From: Rhodosorus marinus CCMP1338
Taxonomy: Eukaryota > Plantae > Rhodophyta
Direction: 5' to 3'
Assembly (NCBI GenBank): GCA_029953675.1
Contig: JAMWBK010000004.1
Span: forward strand, 1,984,001-2,048,000
DNA length: 64,000 bases
In this document: positions 51,801 to 62,077 of the stretch, one piece after another
Layout of the letters: the number at the start of each line of letters is the position of its first letter
How positions within the stretch are numbered: position 1 is the first letter of the stretch
Translations under genes and position numbers: made by a program
The notes under the pieces: model-generated
Told to the model about the DNA's origin: nothing
Database searches by the model: none
Seen by the model: the letters and a program-made list of their open reading frames with translations, nothing else

Positions 51801-52514
51801 CTATCAGGGTTGTTCCAGCAGATCCTTTGTGTATGCCCCTTCTTCCCGCAGTAGTTGCAAACAATGTTGGTGTAGTTACGCTTCTGCAGCGCTTGCGTTC
51901 CGGGTTGGTAAATGCGTCCGGACCTGGTTCCCCTGCTTACAGTGGTCTGGGGCGTTGCCATTTTTTGGGGAAATTTCTCTTCCCATCTGGAAGGTTGGCT
52001 GGCTGCCTCAGCTCCCTCAATTTTTAGGGCAAGTGCCTGTGCCGCCTCAAAATCCTAGCACGTCCTGTATGTAGATGTATTTCTTGACCCCGGGTTTAAG
52101 GCCTTCGACGAAGCGGTCGAATTTCTCTGAATCCGAAATCTCTCCCACCTGGATCAGGCATGTGTTGAAGTATGCCGTATACGCTGCGACCGTCGTCTTC
52201 TGCTGCGCCTTTGCAAGTTGCTGTTTCGCGCGGATCTTGGCGTCTGCCGGGTAGAACTGGGCTTTGAGCGTATATTCGAAACCCTCGTAGGTCGTTGGTT
52301 TCCGGTCGTCCGGAATCAGTGACCACCAGTATGAGGCGTCGCCAGTCAAATAACCTTCTGCTAGGGTGATTCGGTATTCGTCGTCGTCGACGGGTAGCCG
52401 CGCCAGTTTGAAGTATGTTCTTAGTTGATTCAAGAACGTACTTATGACTAGGGCGTCACGTCGCCCGTCATAGGCTTTCGGCTGCGGAGCCTGCATCTTG
52501 ATGAGTGATGCCAT
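51737..52514 (-). pseudogene. Ty3/gypsy gag (capsid plus CCHC knuckle) with one frameshift near 52055
   Basis: PKAYDGRRD...FLNQL..YF...YLTGDASYWW...F...LKAQF...KFDRFVEGLKP. It continues in another frame as DFEAAQALALKIEG...CNYCGKKGHTQRICW. Confidence 0.88.
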
Positions 52515-52565
52515 CTGCGGGTTGTCAGGTTGTCAGGTTGTCAGGTTTTGGGCTCCCTTCTGCTG

Positions 52566-52583
52566 CTCCTTGCGATGAGACCA
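52566..52583 (-). promoter_or_regulatory. Primer-binding site TGGTCTCATCGCAAGGAG
   Basis: Begins with TGG 3 nt after a ...GTATCA LTR-like end. The complement reads like a tRNA 3' end: CT-CCTTG-CGATGAG-A-CCA. Confidence 0.65.
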
Positions 52584-52586
52584 AAT

Positions 52587-52926
52587 TGATACGTTCTTCG
52601 TTAGCGCGTGTCAATGATCCAAAATACTTTTAAATTCCCTTTTGTTTTTATCTTTTTTTTCTATCTTGGATACCTCCCTCTACTCTAATCTTAAGGAGGA
52701 AGGTCGTAACTTCCGTATTTATAGCCTTCGGGTTCATGACTTGGGTATGTTAGACTACTATTATTAGCCCTGTTCGTACAATATCTTGCCCACTGGGCGC
52801 ATCATAGACTTACTATATTTTGTACCCATGGTGGTTATTTTTAGCTCACCAATATGTTAGCCAGATGTCATGTCAGGACGTCACATCGGGTAGCACGTCC
52901 CAGGTGTCCCCCTGCGTACTGCGTCA
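52587..52926 (-). repeat. Putative 5' LTR (about 340 bp, TGA...TCA termini, TATAAATA box near 52716-52723)
   Basis: Minus strand TGACGCAG...GCTATAAATACGG...GAACGTATCA directly precedes the PBS. There is no second copy in the window to confirm the boundaries. Confidence 0.55.
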
Positions 52927-53561
52927 ATTATTCCAGAATTCAAGATCTACTTTCTCCTAATTACTCCCGAATTAGGTAGTTTATCCCAAAACTAACTTTC
53001 CTTTTCTAACTCTGGTTCTTCTTCCTTACTTTGCTTTCTTCTCTCTACCTTCAAGCAAGCTAACCTCGAAAGCATTCTGGATTCCATCGTATTTATGCGC
53101 TTACTTCATCGGGATTGTTGAAACGGTCAATCGTGACCATGCGGTTTCAACACGTAGCAGGGCTTTCACACATCGTAATATATACAGTAAAACCGATACG
53201 CACATGGCATACGATGGTTGGATGCTGAATCATAACGTTACTGTTTAAAATGGAGGAAACAGTTTGAACAGTACAAGATTTCGATCATCTTCACATTATA
53301 TTAGAGTATTTAAGTAGAAGATATCGGGACCATTAGTCAGTGGAACAATAAAGAAGGTACCGAAGTTTGGAGGATGAAACTGAGGTCAAGGTCAGGAATC
53401 CTTGAAAATTCCAACAGGGAGCAATACCGACGAGACTAAAATAAGTGGTGTACCTCCATAGATTCTGGCACAGATCGAGCATAATTTAGGTCAGCCGGAT
53501 ATGGCTAGAAGGTTGAACTTGCTTGGAAGGCAGACGCGTCACATTGGGGACCGTTTATGGA

Positions 53562-53623
53562 GACAGACTGTCCTCAATAGTATAAAGACAAACTGTCCTG
53601 AAAATACTAAAAGACAGACTGTC
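53562..53623. promoter_or_regulatory. Cluster of three GACA(G/A)ACTGTC palindromes upstream of delta-COP
   Basis: Copies at 53562, 53587 and 53613, plus a variant GACAAGCTGTC at 53676. Function is inferred only. Confidence 0.5.
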
Positions 53624-53853
53624 AGTTCGGTTTTTTTTATTAATGAATTATATTTAGTGGGCTCGTCTTCATATTGACAAGCTGTCTTTCGTTTTTTGTT
53701 TTTGGTTTTCTGTGTTTTGGATCGCTCTTCGGAAGGTTTGCCTAATAAGGCCTTTTTTTCTAGGGGGTGGGAGGGGGAGGAGGGATCCTAGACAGGTAAG
53801 GGATTTGGAGGATGAGAGAAGGAGGGAGGATGAGAGGGCATGCTGTTTTGGTT

Positions 53854-53884
<31 letters not shown>

Positions 53885-54048
53885 TGTGGGGGGGGAGGGG
53901 GTTGGTTGGGAGACTGTTTTTTTGATCGATTGTTTTGGGGGATCTTGGGTGTGGATCTGATATCTGTGGATCGTTTGGGGACGGGGGATTAAGGAGGTTG
54001 GCGTTGGGGGTGTTATTGTTTTGGTGTTTTTTTGTCATTGGAGGAAGG

Positions 54049-56509
54049 ATGGTTGTGTTGGCTGTAGCGATTACGACAAAGGGAGGCAAGCTCTTGCTGT
54101 CTCGTCAGTATATCGATATGAGTCGGATTCGAATTGAGGGGTTGTTGACGGCTTTTCCGAAGCTTGTTGGGACAGAAAAGGAGCATACGTATGTGGAGAC
54201 ATCGTCTGTGCGCTACGTGTATCAGCCTGTAGAGCAGCTTTACGTGATGCTGGTGACTACGAAAATGTCGAATATTGTTGAGGACCTTGAGACTCTTCGT
54301 CTCCTAGCGAAGATTGTTCAGGAGCATTCGCCTCAGTACGATTCTATTAGTGAAAAGGCTGTGAACGATACTGCGTTTGAGATTATCCAGGCTTTTGATG
54401 AAGTCATTGATTGGGGAGGCTACCGAGAAAACGTAAACCTCGACCAGGTAGCCCAGTTCACTACAATGTTCAGCAACGAGGAACTTCTCGCGAAGAGAAT
54501 GGAGGAAATGAAGATCAAGGAGGCTACAACTACTATGGAAAAGAAGGCTGCGGTCTTGAAGCAACAGAAAGGGGACGACAAAGTCTCCGCAATCGGAAAC
54601 GAACTCGGGCGGTTTATGGAAAAGACTGGGTTGGGCGGTCTTGCAAACGACCTTGGCTTTGCTCACCAGAGAGGAGCCGGAGGAGCTACTCAAGGATTCG
54701 GTGACGGAATTTCAAGTGAAAGCTACCAACGGTACGTACCATCTGAGAGATGCACTCAAACGCAAATTCAAATGCTACCTTCGGCACCAGTTTCATGCAG
54801 CTCCAACCGGAGCAGATCAATTCATCAATTCCAAGCTATGTGCGTTTTCACATCTACGCAAAGCCACTTTGGACGGGTCTCGATCAGATCTCTTCGATTG
54901 TACAATTTCTCTCGTGTTGGAGTCCCTTGGACCGTAGTTAATCGACTACAGTCCACAGAAGGGATGTCCTATCAGACATCCCTTCTGCCACTGCCGTCAC
55001 CTCTTCTCGTCGAAAATGTGTAGCAGGGATACCGCGTGTAGGGTCTTACGCTTCGTATCGAGCATCCGTTATGCCTCATACGAGCGTGATCCATCCATGC
55101 CCTTGTTTGCTTTCGCTTCGATCTTCATTGCATTGATTTGTTGATCTCCTTCTCGAAAGCATGTATCCCTCAATGAGCGCCTTCCTGATACTGATCCCTT
55201 TTGTTCGATCTTCAATATACAGACAAATGGGTGTTGGCGAGATGGGTGGCATGGGAGGCGGGATGGGAGGAGGGATGGGAGGAGGGATGGGAGGCGGGAT
55301 GGGTGGTGGAATGGGTGGTGGAATGGGTGGTGGAATGGGAGGCGGTATGGGTGGTGGTATGGGTGGTGGAATGGGTGGTGGTATGGGTATGGGAGGTGGA
55401 ATAGGAAGTGCAGCAGCGCCAACACAGGCGAAACCCAGTGGAAGTGGTGGAAGGGGTATGACTTTGAGTAAAGGAAAGAAGCAAGATAGCTTCCTGGAGC
55501 AGATGCGGGCGGAGGGAGAGATGGTGGATGCGCTTCCTTCGATGATGAAGAAGCCAACGGTAGCTGCGGCGGCTGCGCCCTCGATGGGATACGCGCCGGT
55601 CTCTGAAGCAGTTCATCTGACTACGATCGAGAGGTTGACCCTGAAAATGTCCAAGGATGGCGGTCTTGAGAAGCTTGAGGTTAAGGGAGACCTTTCCATG
55701 GCAATTTCTGATCCGGAGAAGGCTTCGATTCGTGTTCATGTAAACTTAGGTATTTCACTCTCCAGAGAAACACCTCGTGGTAATTTGCGCTGAGACTGTT
55801 ATGATCAATGAGCTCATTGCCCCTGCTTTCTGTGTTGCAAACTGCAGGCGATAATACCAAGTTCCAGCTAAGACCGCATCCTAAGATTGACAAGACGCTG
55901 TTCTCTCAAAAGAAGGTTTTGGGCTTGAAAGGGGACCCCAGCCAGAAGTTCCCAATCGGCAACCCATTGGAAATACTGCGCTGGAGAATGGCTTCTACTG
56001 ATGAAGATGATATCCCTATCAACATCAGCTGTTGGCCGTCTGAAGGAGGGAGTGAGTGCCATGTGAATCTTGAATATGAGCTTGTTAAGGCCACAGAATT
56101 GAGAAATGTGATGATAACCATACCTGTGCCTTCCTCGGGTAAGTCTTCGGAACACACACGCTCACAAAGATCCGTCTTTGCTTAACCGCATCTTCGGTTT
56201 CAATGGAAATTTTCAGGAGGAAGCTCGCCGTCTATTGGGCAGGTTGATGGTGAATACGAATTCAACGCGAGAACGTCGTCATTGATATGGATGATCCCCG
56301 TTATTGATAGTTCGAACTCCAGCGGAAGTTTCGAGTTCACGACAGGGCCTGCTGACTCGAATTCTTTCTTCCCAGTAACAGTGTCGCTCACCTCTAAGGC
56401 AACCTATGCGCAGATTGCTGTCACGGGATGCGCCAATGCTATATCGGAAGAAAGCGTCAAGTTTTCTCAGGAAGTTTCGTTGAGTACGGATGAGTTCATA
56501 ATTGTCTAA
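54049..56509 (+). CDS. ARCN1: Coatomer subunit delta (delta-COP), multi-exon
   Basis: MVVLAVAITTKGGKLLLSRQYIDMSRIRIEGLLTAFPKLV...QHT-like YVETSSVRYVYQP, KSNI-like MSNIVEDLETLRLL, and a mu-homology domain (FQLRPHPKIDK, LRWRM, INISCWPS, SGSFEF). Confidence 0.96.
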
Positions 56510-57269
56510 AGATCCTCTCTTACCTACTTTTCTTACAAGTTACAATCTAGAAAGAAGAACTCGATATACTAAAAGTTCACGTTCCTCTTCCGCCCTTTGT
56601 TGGAATCGCAAAGTCTTTCCTCCCGACCCGAGAGCGCTGTACGCTGATGGAGAACTGGCCTTTCTCATCGGCCGATCGCCAGCGAATTTTTGTTTGGTTC
56701 GTACTTTGATAGAGGAATCTGGAGTACCGAGCAGTGTCTCCTTGAACTGGGTTTGCGGCTCCGCCAGCTTTTTTCTTCGATCTTGGGTGCCTACTGACAA
56801 GCACCCAGGTTGACCCAGACCGTGAGAGCCCGTTTACGCAAGATTTTGCCCTGGCTCTAGCAGCCGGGGTGTCTGGGCGCCCCTTGTACGCATAGCACAG
56901 CGGGGATCAGAACGTAATTCTGCTCACGCCTGTCCCTCCTGGCCAAAGACTTGCGGCCCTGGCAAATATACTAGTGAACAGGACTGTTGCTATTATCGAA
57001 TCATCAAAAGTATGCTCTAGTTTGACGCCGCAGAATCACGACTTTGGGCCATCTTGAATCCTCACCCTTGGCAGCAGATTCTTTGCGTATACTTCAAAGC
57101 TTGGCGGACGAGTGGCTTTCGTCGTAGCAGAGCATAGTGTCCCAGTACGAGAAGTTGGCGCGCTAGGCGTTCTCGTCCAAAAAAGTGAGAGAATTTACAT
57201 GGGGAAGAATGGATATTGTAGTTCTTCCGAATACCTTGGCAACAATTTCTATATGCATGTCAGCCCGAG

Positions 57270-59743
57270 TTACTGGCTGAACGATACCACGGGGAAGTGC
57301 CTATGATGAACAAATTTCAAGTTCACCGAAATTTCCTCCTGCAAGAACATTTAAAGCAATCGAAGAGTTAGTCTTAGCTAAAGATGACATTGATCTCACA
57401 GGAACGTTGAGTAACAGGAAATAGCTCAGTGTACCTTTGATCCCAAAATCTTGCTTGCTCGAATGAATTCCACAGAGTTTGCGATCGCAGTTTTCGCGAG
57501 ATCCCGAACCTAAAAGCACAGGGTGCGAAAAAAAAATTCGGGCGATTCAATCCCCTGTGTGTTTCGAGTGCACAAGACAGTGCTGCGATACCTCGTCATG
57601 AAACCATTGCCCAATTGACGTCCATTGGACGCACAACCTGCTCGCCTTTTCAAAGTTGCTCCGTGCACTTTTTAGCAATGCCGCAGCATCTTCAATATCG
57701 CGTTTAGACCTGGTGAAGCGGAAGCGCAATCGTACGTGAGCACAAAACGCAAAGGCCAAAGGGTCCTGGCATACACTGGAGCTTACGAATCCCGCGTTGC
57801 CACAAACTCTGCGTAGGTTAGGTATGTGGGAAGCCCAACGTTCGATTCGGGCGGCTCAAATCGATCGTGGTACCACTTGGACTCGCTACCAAGCTGCGAG
57901 AGCGAGTTTGGATGCCAGAATACGTTCGCTCGTCGAAGGGTTATTTCCATTACCCTACTAAGATCCATTCTCCCTTCGTCAAAGAAGCGTAAAAACTGCC
58001 GCAAAGGGCTTTGGTTGCTAGCGTGGGAGTGCACTTGTACAGAAATTTCCATCAGGTTGATGAGGTTTGTATACACCGCGTGCAGTTCAAAGTTCGAGTA
58101 GAGGTCGCACTCAAACCCTAGCACTAAATGATGAGTTACAACGAAAATTGTCACCTCAAGAGACAGGAGCGTCGCGTCCAGAGCCCTTGATCCGTTCTTC
58201 CCAGCTGACGGAAACAGGAACGATTTCTTCTTCTCGCTAATAGATGCTTTTGCGTAAAGTTGCCGAATTATCTCGATCGAAGCCTCCGATGCGTTTCCGG
58301 GAATCGATTCAGTTGGTCCCTCTTCATCAGCATTGGGGGGTAGCTCCTTATCTCGCTTCAGCAGATTAAGAACCCTCAGCAATTTTCGCCTCTGTCGAGC
58401 TCTATTCCGACAAAGAGTTTCTAGGAGAAGCATGATCGATTGGTGAAGTGACTAGGCAACCAACAAGATAACCGATGACACACCGTCAGCCCTTCAAGGT
58501 CAAGCAAACAAAGTTAAAACGGGTCTTGGCGTCTCACCGAGCCAAAAGTTTCTATCCGAACCTTGTCGCCGATCAGTTTCGTTACCAGAAACGGATCGAC
58601 AATCATCCTCTGCAGAATACTTCTCGACAATGTCGTCGGTCTCAACCTCGAATTATACAATGCAATCATGTTCAGCGTATATGTCATCATGCACCCGGAC
58701 ATCACGTTCTCTTCCGAGAGGTATTTCTGAAGTAGGCGCGAACAAAGAGAGCTTTGAGCTGAAGACGGTTGGCTTGACGCGCGTTGGTTGTACCGCGTAG
58801 GTTCATTGCTTTAGATGGTTTCTGGTTGGCCAGCCTATGCGGCTGCCGATGCTTAAGAACCCTTCCCACGTTGCTGCGATCTGTCGAGTTCGCTTACCAC
58901 AGACAATGTACACATCTGGATCAGCTGGTCCAGATTTCGTTCGTAGTAGTCGTAAGCTTCTTCGGTTGACAGGAAGGTAGTGCTTCTGGGAGGTGATGTA
59001 AGGATGAGGTGTCTCGTAACTCTCTCGTCGAAGCCTGGAGCAGGTACTTTTGCCATCGTTTCCTTGGACTTTCGCAGGACCTCCATGGTGTGTTGCAGTT
59101 TGGAGATGACCTCCTCGGGGTAGTCCAGCTGCTGGCATTGAACCATGCAGATCAGAGAACCATGGTACAGTGCTCGCCACACGATTCTATTTCGAAGAGC
59201 AGAAACATAGGGATCTGAAGTTTGCGCTGGCAGTTCTGCGTAGGCGGCAGTGGCGAGGTTTGCGTTTTCTTCGATGGACAGGATTGGAATCAGTGGAAGC
59301 CCGAAATTCCCCGCGAGGAAGTCTTCATCGTCTGTGGTCGTTTTTCCGCCAGCGATGATGTCCTTAAGCAGGGAAACGCGCGTCGCAGTCATGCGAAGGA
59401 GCGCATTCAAGAGTGGTGACCTGCACTCCTCCATCCGCAAGAGATACACGCTCGCGTAGATCGTTTGAGGCAATGTGTGGGCCTCCAACCAAACGGCTTC
59501 TCTCCTCAGAAACTCGTCTGCCAACGATACAAGCTCTTCGGGGCTCAAATTCCATTTCAAATCTACATCGTAAGCGCGTACTCGATCTCCAAACCCCACA
59601 TCCATTTTGGGATTCATCAACCCAATCGCGGCCATCGAGTCCTGTAACGAGAAGTCCTCTCCGTGGATAAGCTCACCAACTTCCATCCTTTCCACTGCCT
59701 CCTCCAAGAACCCGGATACATCCAGATAGTCCTCATCGCACAT
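57270..59743 (-). CDS. NAA35: NatC auxiliary subunit NAA35/Mak10, multi-exon
   Basis: FLEEAVERMEVGELIHGEDFSLQDSMAAIGLMNPKMDVG, WLEAHTLPQTIYASVYL, LGFECDLYSNFELHAVY and last exon LKFVHHRHFPVVSF*. Confidence 0.9.
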
Positions 59744-60712
59744 TTCGGCAAGAGAGCCGGGTAGTAAAGCTGCTGGTCCACAACCTCACCAAAACTCTCC
59801 AGCTAACCTACATACAACATTCAGCTGTCCGCCTCCCCCGAAACACGAAATGAATGTCCAGAACGATCTTCAAACGGAGAACAAAGTCGGATTACTTTTT
59901 AGCCCGATCCAGAAACCTCAAGAGTTCATTGACTTCACACCGGCCCCAACCAGTTCCTTATCCACTAACCGAAGAAGTCGGTTCCTCAGTTCCTCTGTTC
60001 TTGTTCTTAAAAATCAACTTTGCTTGTTCTCACCTCTGCAAACGCGTCCGCTTCATTCTCAACAAAGCCTTCGCCTGGGGGATTCGCGGTCCAAAGCCTT
60101 AACCTCGGCCACGAATATTCAGGCTTTCCCTACTTAGCAAGCCCCTACCCAGCTTCTCTAGACAACAACCTCCTAAATGACGAAGCAAAGGGTATTGTAT
60201 TCCACAACGCAGAAGACAGTCTCCTCTACAGACTAAGTCAATGATGTACAGTCCTCCAGATTGCTCGAGGAATGCGTCCCCATCCGTGTCCGGTTCAAAG
60301 TGGCACTGCGTGTGGACTGTTCGCATAGCTGGAGGGAGGACTATGAAACAGTTATTCCAGTCGGAACAGTCAAAGGAATACGCTGTTTTGCGCAGTACGG
60401 CACCTGTCCAGACTAGACTTTACTAGGTCTGCCACTTCTTCGTGTCACAAACCACCGAACTGGCCGGAATACCGGCTTGTGGAACACGTCACGGGGAGGT
60501 GGGTAGATCTATGTGCACTTTCACGGAGCATCCGCCAGTGCTTTCTTGAGCATCCTGACAGCTTGGCGCCCTTCAGTATTTTCTGTGCTGAACTTTGGCA
60601 GTCTAGCGTAGCGACCCTAGCGTCCCCCCCGGAGTGCGAGGTCCTTCCGTCTTAGCCTCTTGTCCGATTTGCTTCTATCTCGCAACGAAAGTGTTGGAAA
60701 GTCAACCAATAG

Positions 60713-60772
60713 GACAGACTGTCCGACGAAAAGACAGACTGTCCCTATCGAGAGATGATAAGACAGACTGTC
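60713..60772. promoter_or_regulatory. Second cluster of three GACAGACTGTC palindromes
   Basis: Exact copies at 60713, 60733 and 60762. Confidence 0.5.
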
Positions 60773-61641
60773 CTTCCGTTGTTAAGGTGAAACTCCCTCA
60801 GAGGATCCTAGTGTTCTGCCTCACAGACTTTATTCTCTTTTTGTAGAAAAACTAAAAATATCACGATCACGTATTCAACTTTGATTGATTGGACTGACCC
60901 AAAAAGATTTTCTCGCGGCAAGCGGCTTTCTTTGCGCGGGTTGGAAGGGGGCTGGAGGGTTCACGAGCGAATCGTGTTCCGGTGTTATACTATTTTTTGG
61001 TAGTCTCTGTTTGGCACATTTGTGTTACTCCCGCAGTTCTATTCATCTGGATCTACTTACGAGGCGATGGCCTAGTGGATGGCCAGTCTCTGGTCGTATC
61101 CTCGGCTTAGTCTTTGATAAAGCAGCACGGACATGGGCAAAGCACAGTGAAGCATAGAGATGTCGAGCTCTTCTATCACGCGAGCCGATAATTGTCAAAC
61201 GGGTAGTCAAACGGGCTGATCAAGATCTTCGCGGACTAGCTGTTTCAGCTTCTTGGTCGCTCTTTATCATTTGCGCTGGTGGTGCTGGTGTCACTTCCAT
61301 AGGAGTAAGTGACACCAGCTGGAGCCATGAAGTCGATTCTCATTGTTTCGTCACGCTGAGCTTGCCTGAGCAAGATGTCTCGGCAAGTGGCATCGATCGG
61401 TCATGGCATGGGCCGGCAAACTTGTAACAAGCTATTGAATTTGAAGCTCTTTGTTGTGCTAAATCATACAATGGATGATTTTTCGACGAGATGAGAGGAA
61501 CCAGGCTGGCAGCGGATTTGCGGAGACTTTTCCGGCATTAGTTTACTAATGTTAAATAAGCTGTTTGGTCTCGTTTATGTATTAGACATTCACCGACCGC
61601 CTGCGTCATTGCTAGAATGCCTTGTCATATAGGTCGATCTG

Positions 61642-62077
61642 TCATGATTTTCCTCTGCACAGGTCCATAAGCTGTATCGCGTTGGTGCCGTATTGCGTAT
61701 CCCCGCATGACTGTTGCTCTCCAAGAGTATACAATTGTTCATCCCTACGTACTCAACAGGAATGAAAGGCTCATTCTGTTGGTGTTCAATGACCTTACTG
61801 CACCCTTTTTCTCTCCTTTCTCCTCCCTCAAATGCCGAAGATACGGGCATCGCAACCTATGTTTGACCAGTGAAGATTTGTACATATATTTAAGGCTGCA
61901 GTCGCAAACATACGGCCTCTCCTTTGTATGTATCCGAATATGCGTCTTCAAATTGTACTTCTTGGAGAACCTCTTCGCGCAGTTGTCAAATGGGCAAGCA
62001 AACGGTCTGCTCCCTACATCTCCTCTGACATGAGCAGGGCTCAACGATTGATCAGCGGCCTCCGCGAGCATCTGCAT
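61642..62077 (-). CDS. Small C2H2 zinc-finger protein (3' end uncertain)
   Basis: RPFACPFDNCAKRFSKKYNLKTHIRIH-TKERPY-VCDCSLKYMYKSSLVKHRLRC. Probable GTAAGG intron near 61797. TATA-like TTTATATA near 62141-62148 on the minus strand. Confidence 0.85.

Larger units (their letters stand above)
50844..51822. repeat. Apparently perfect 404-bp inverted repeat (50844-51247 and 51419-51822) with a 171-bp loop
   Basis: Positions x and 102666-x are complementary wherever checked. The ORF track gives identical protease translations at 50986(+) and 51680(-). Confidence 0.97.
50844..52926 (-). mobile_element. Truncated, fold-back Ty3/gypsy LTR retrotransposon (5' LTR-PBS-gag-PR, then inverted copy)
   Basis: Retrotransposon gag, CNYCGKKGHTQRIC zinc knuckle, LLIDTGS protease with LGRDF, and an upstream PBS and LTR-like segment. 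No RT, RNase H, integrase or 3' LTR is seen. Confidence 0.9.

Noticed and set aside
55069-55739. His/Pro- and Ser/Thr/His-repeat ORFs on the minus strand
   Set aside because: Antisense readings of the MGGG-coding repeat of delta-COP.
57330-57400. SLAKTN..LNVLAGG frame resembling the NAA35 C-terminus
   Set aside because: The segment has an ACTAAC branch point and a TTCTTGCAG acceptor and is better read as an intron. The frame hits a stop before the conserved HFPVV.
60100-60700. Possible retro pol remnant on the minus strand (LKKALADAP; PLTVPTG)
   Set aside because: The motifs are too short and lie in different frames with many stops. Not supportable without a search.
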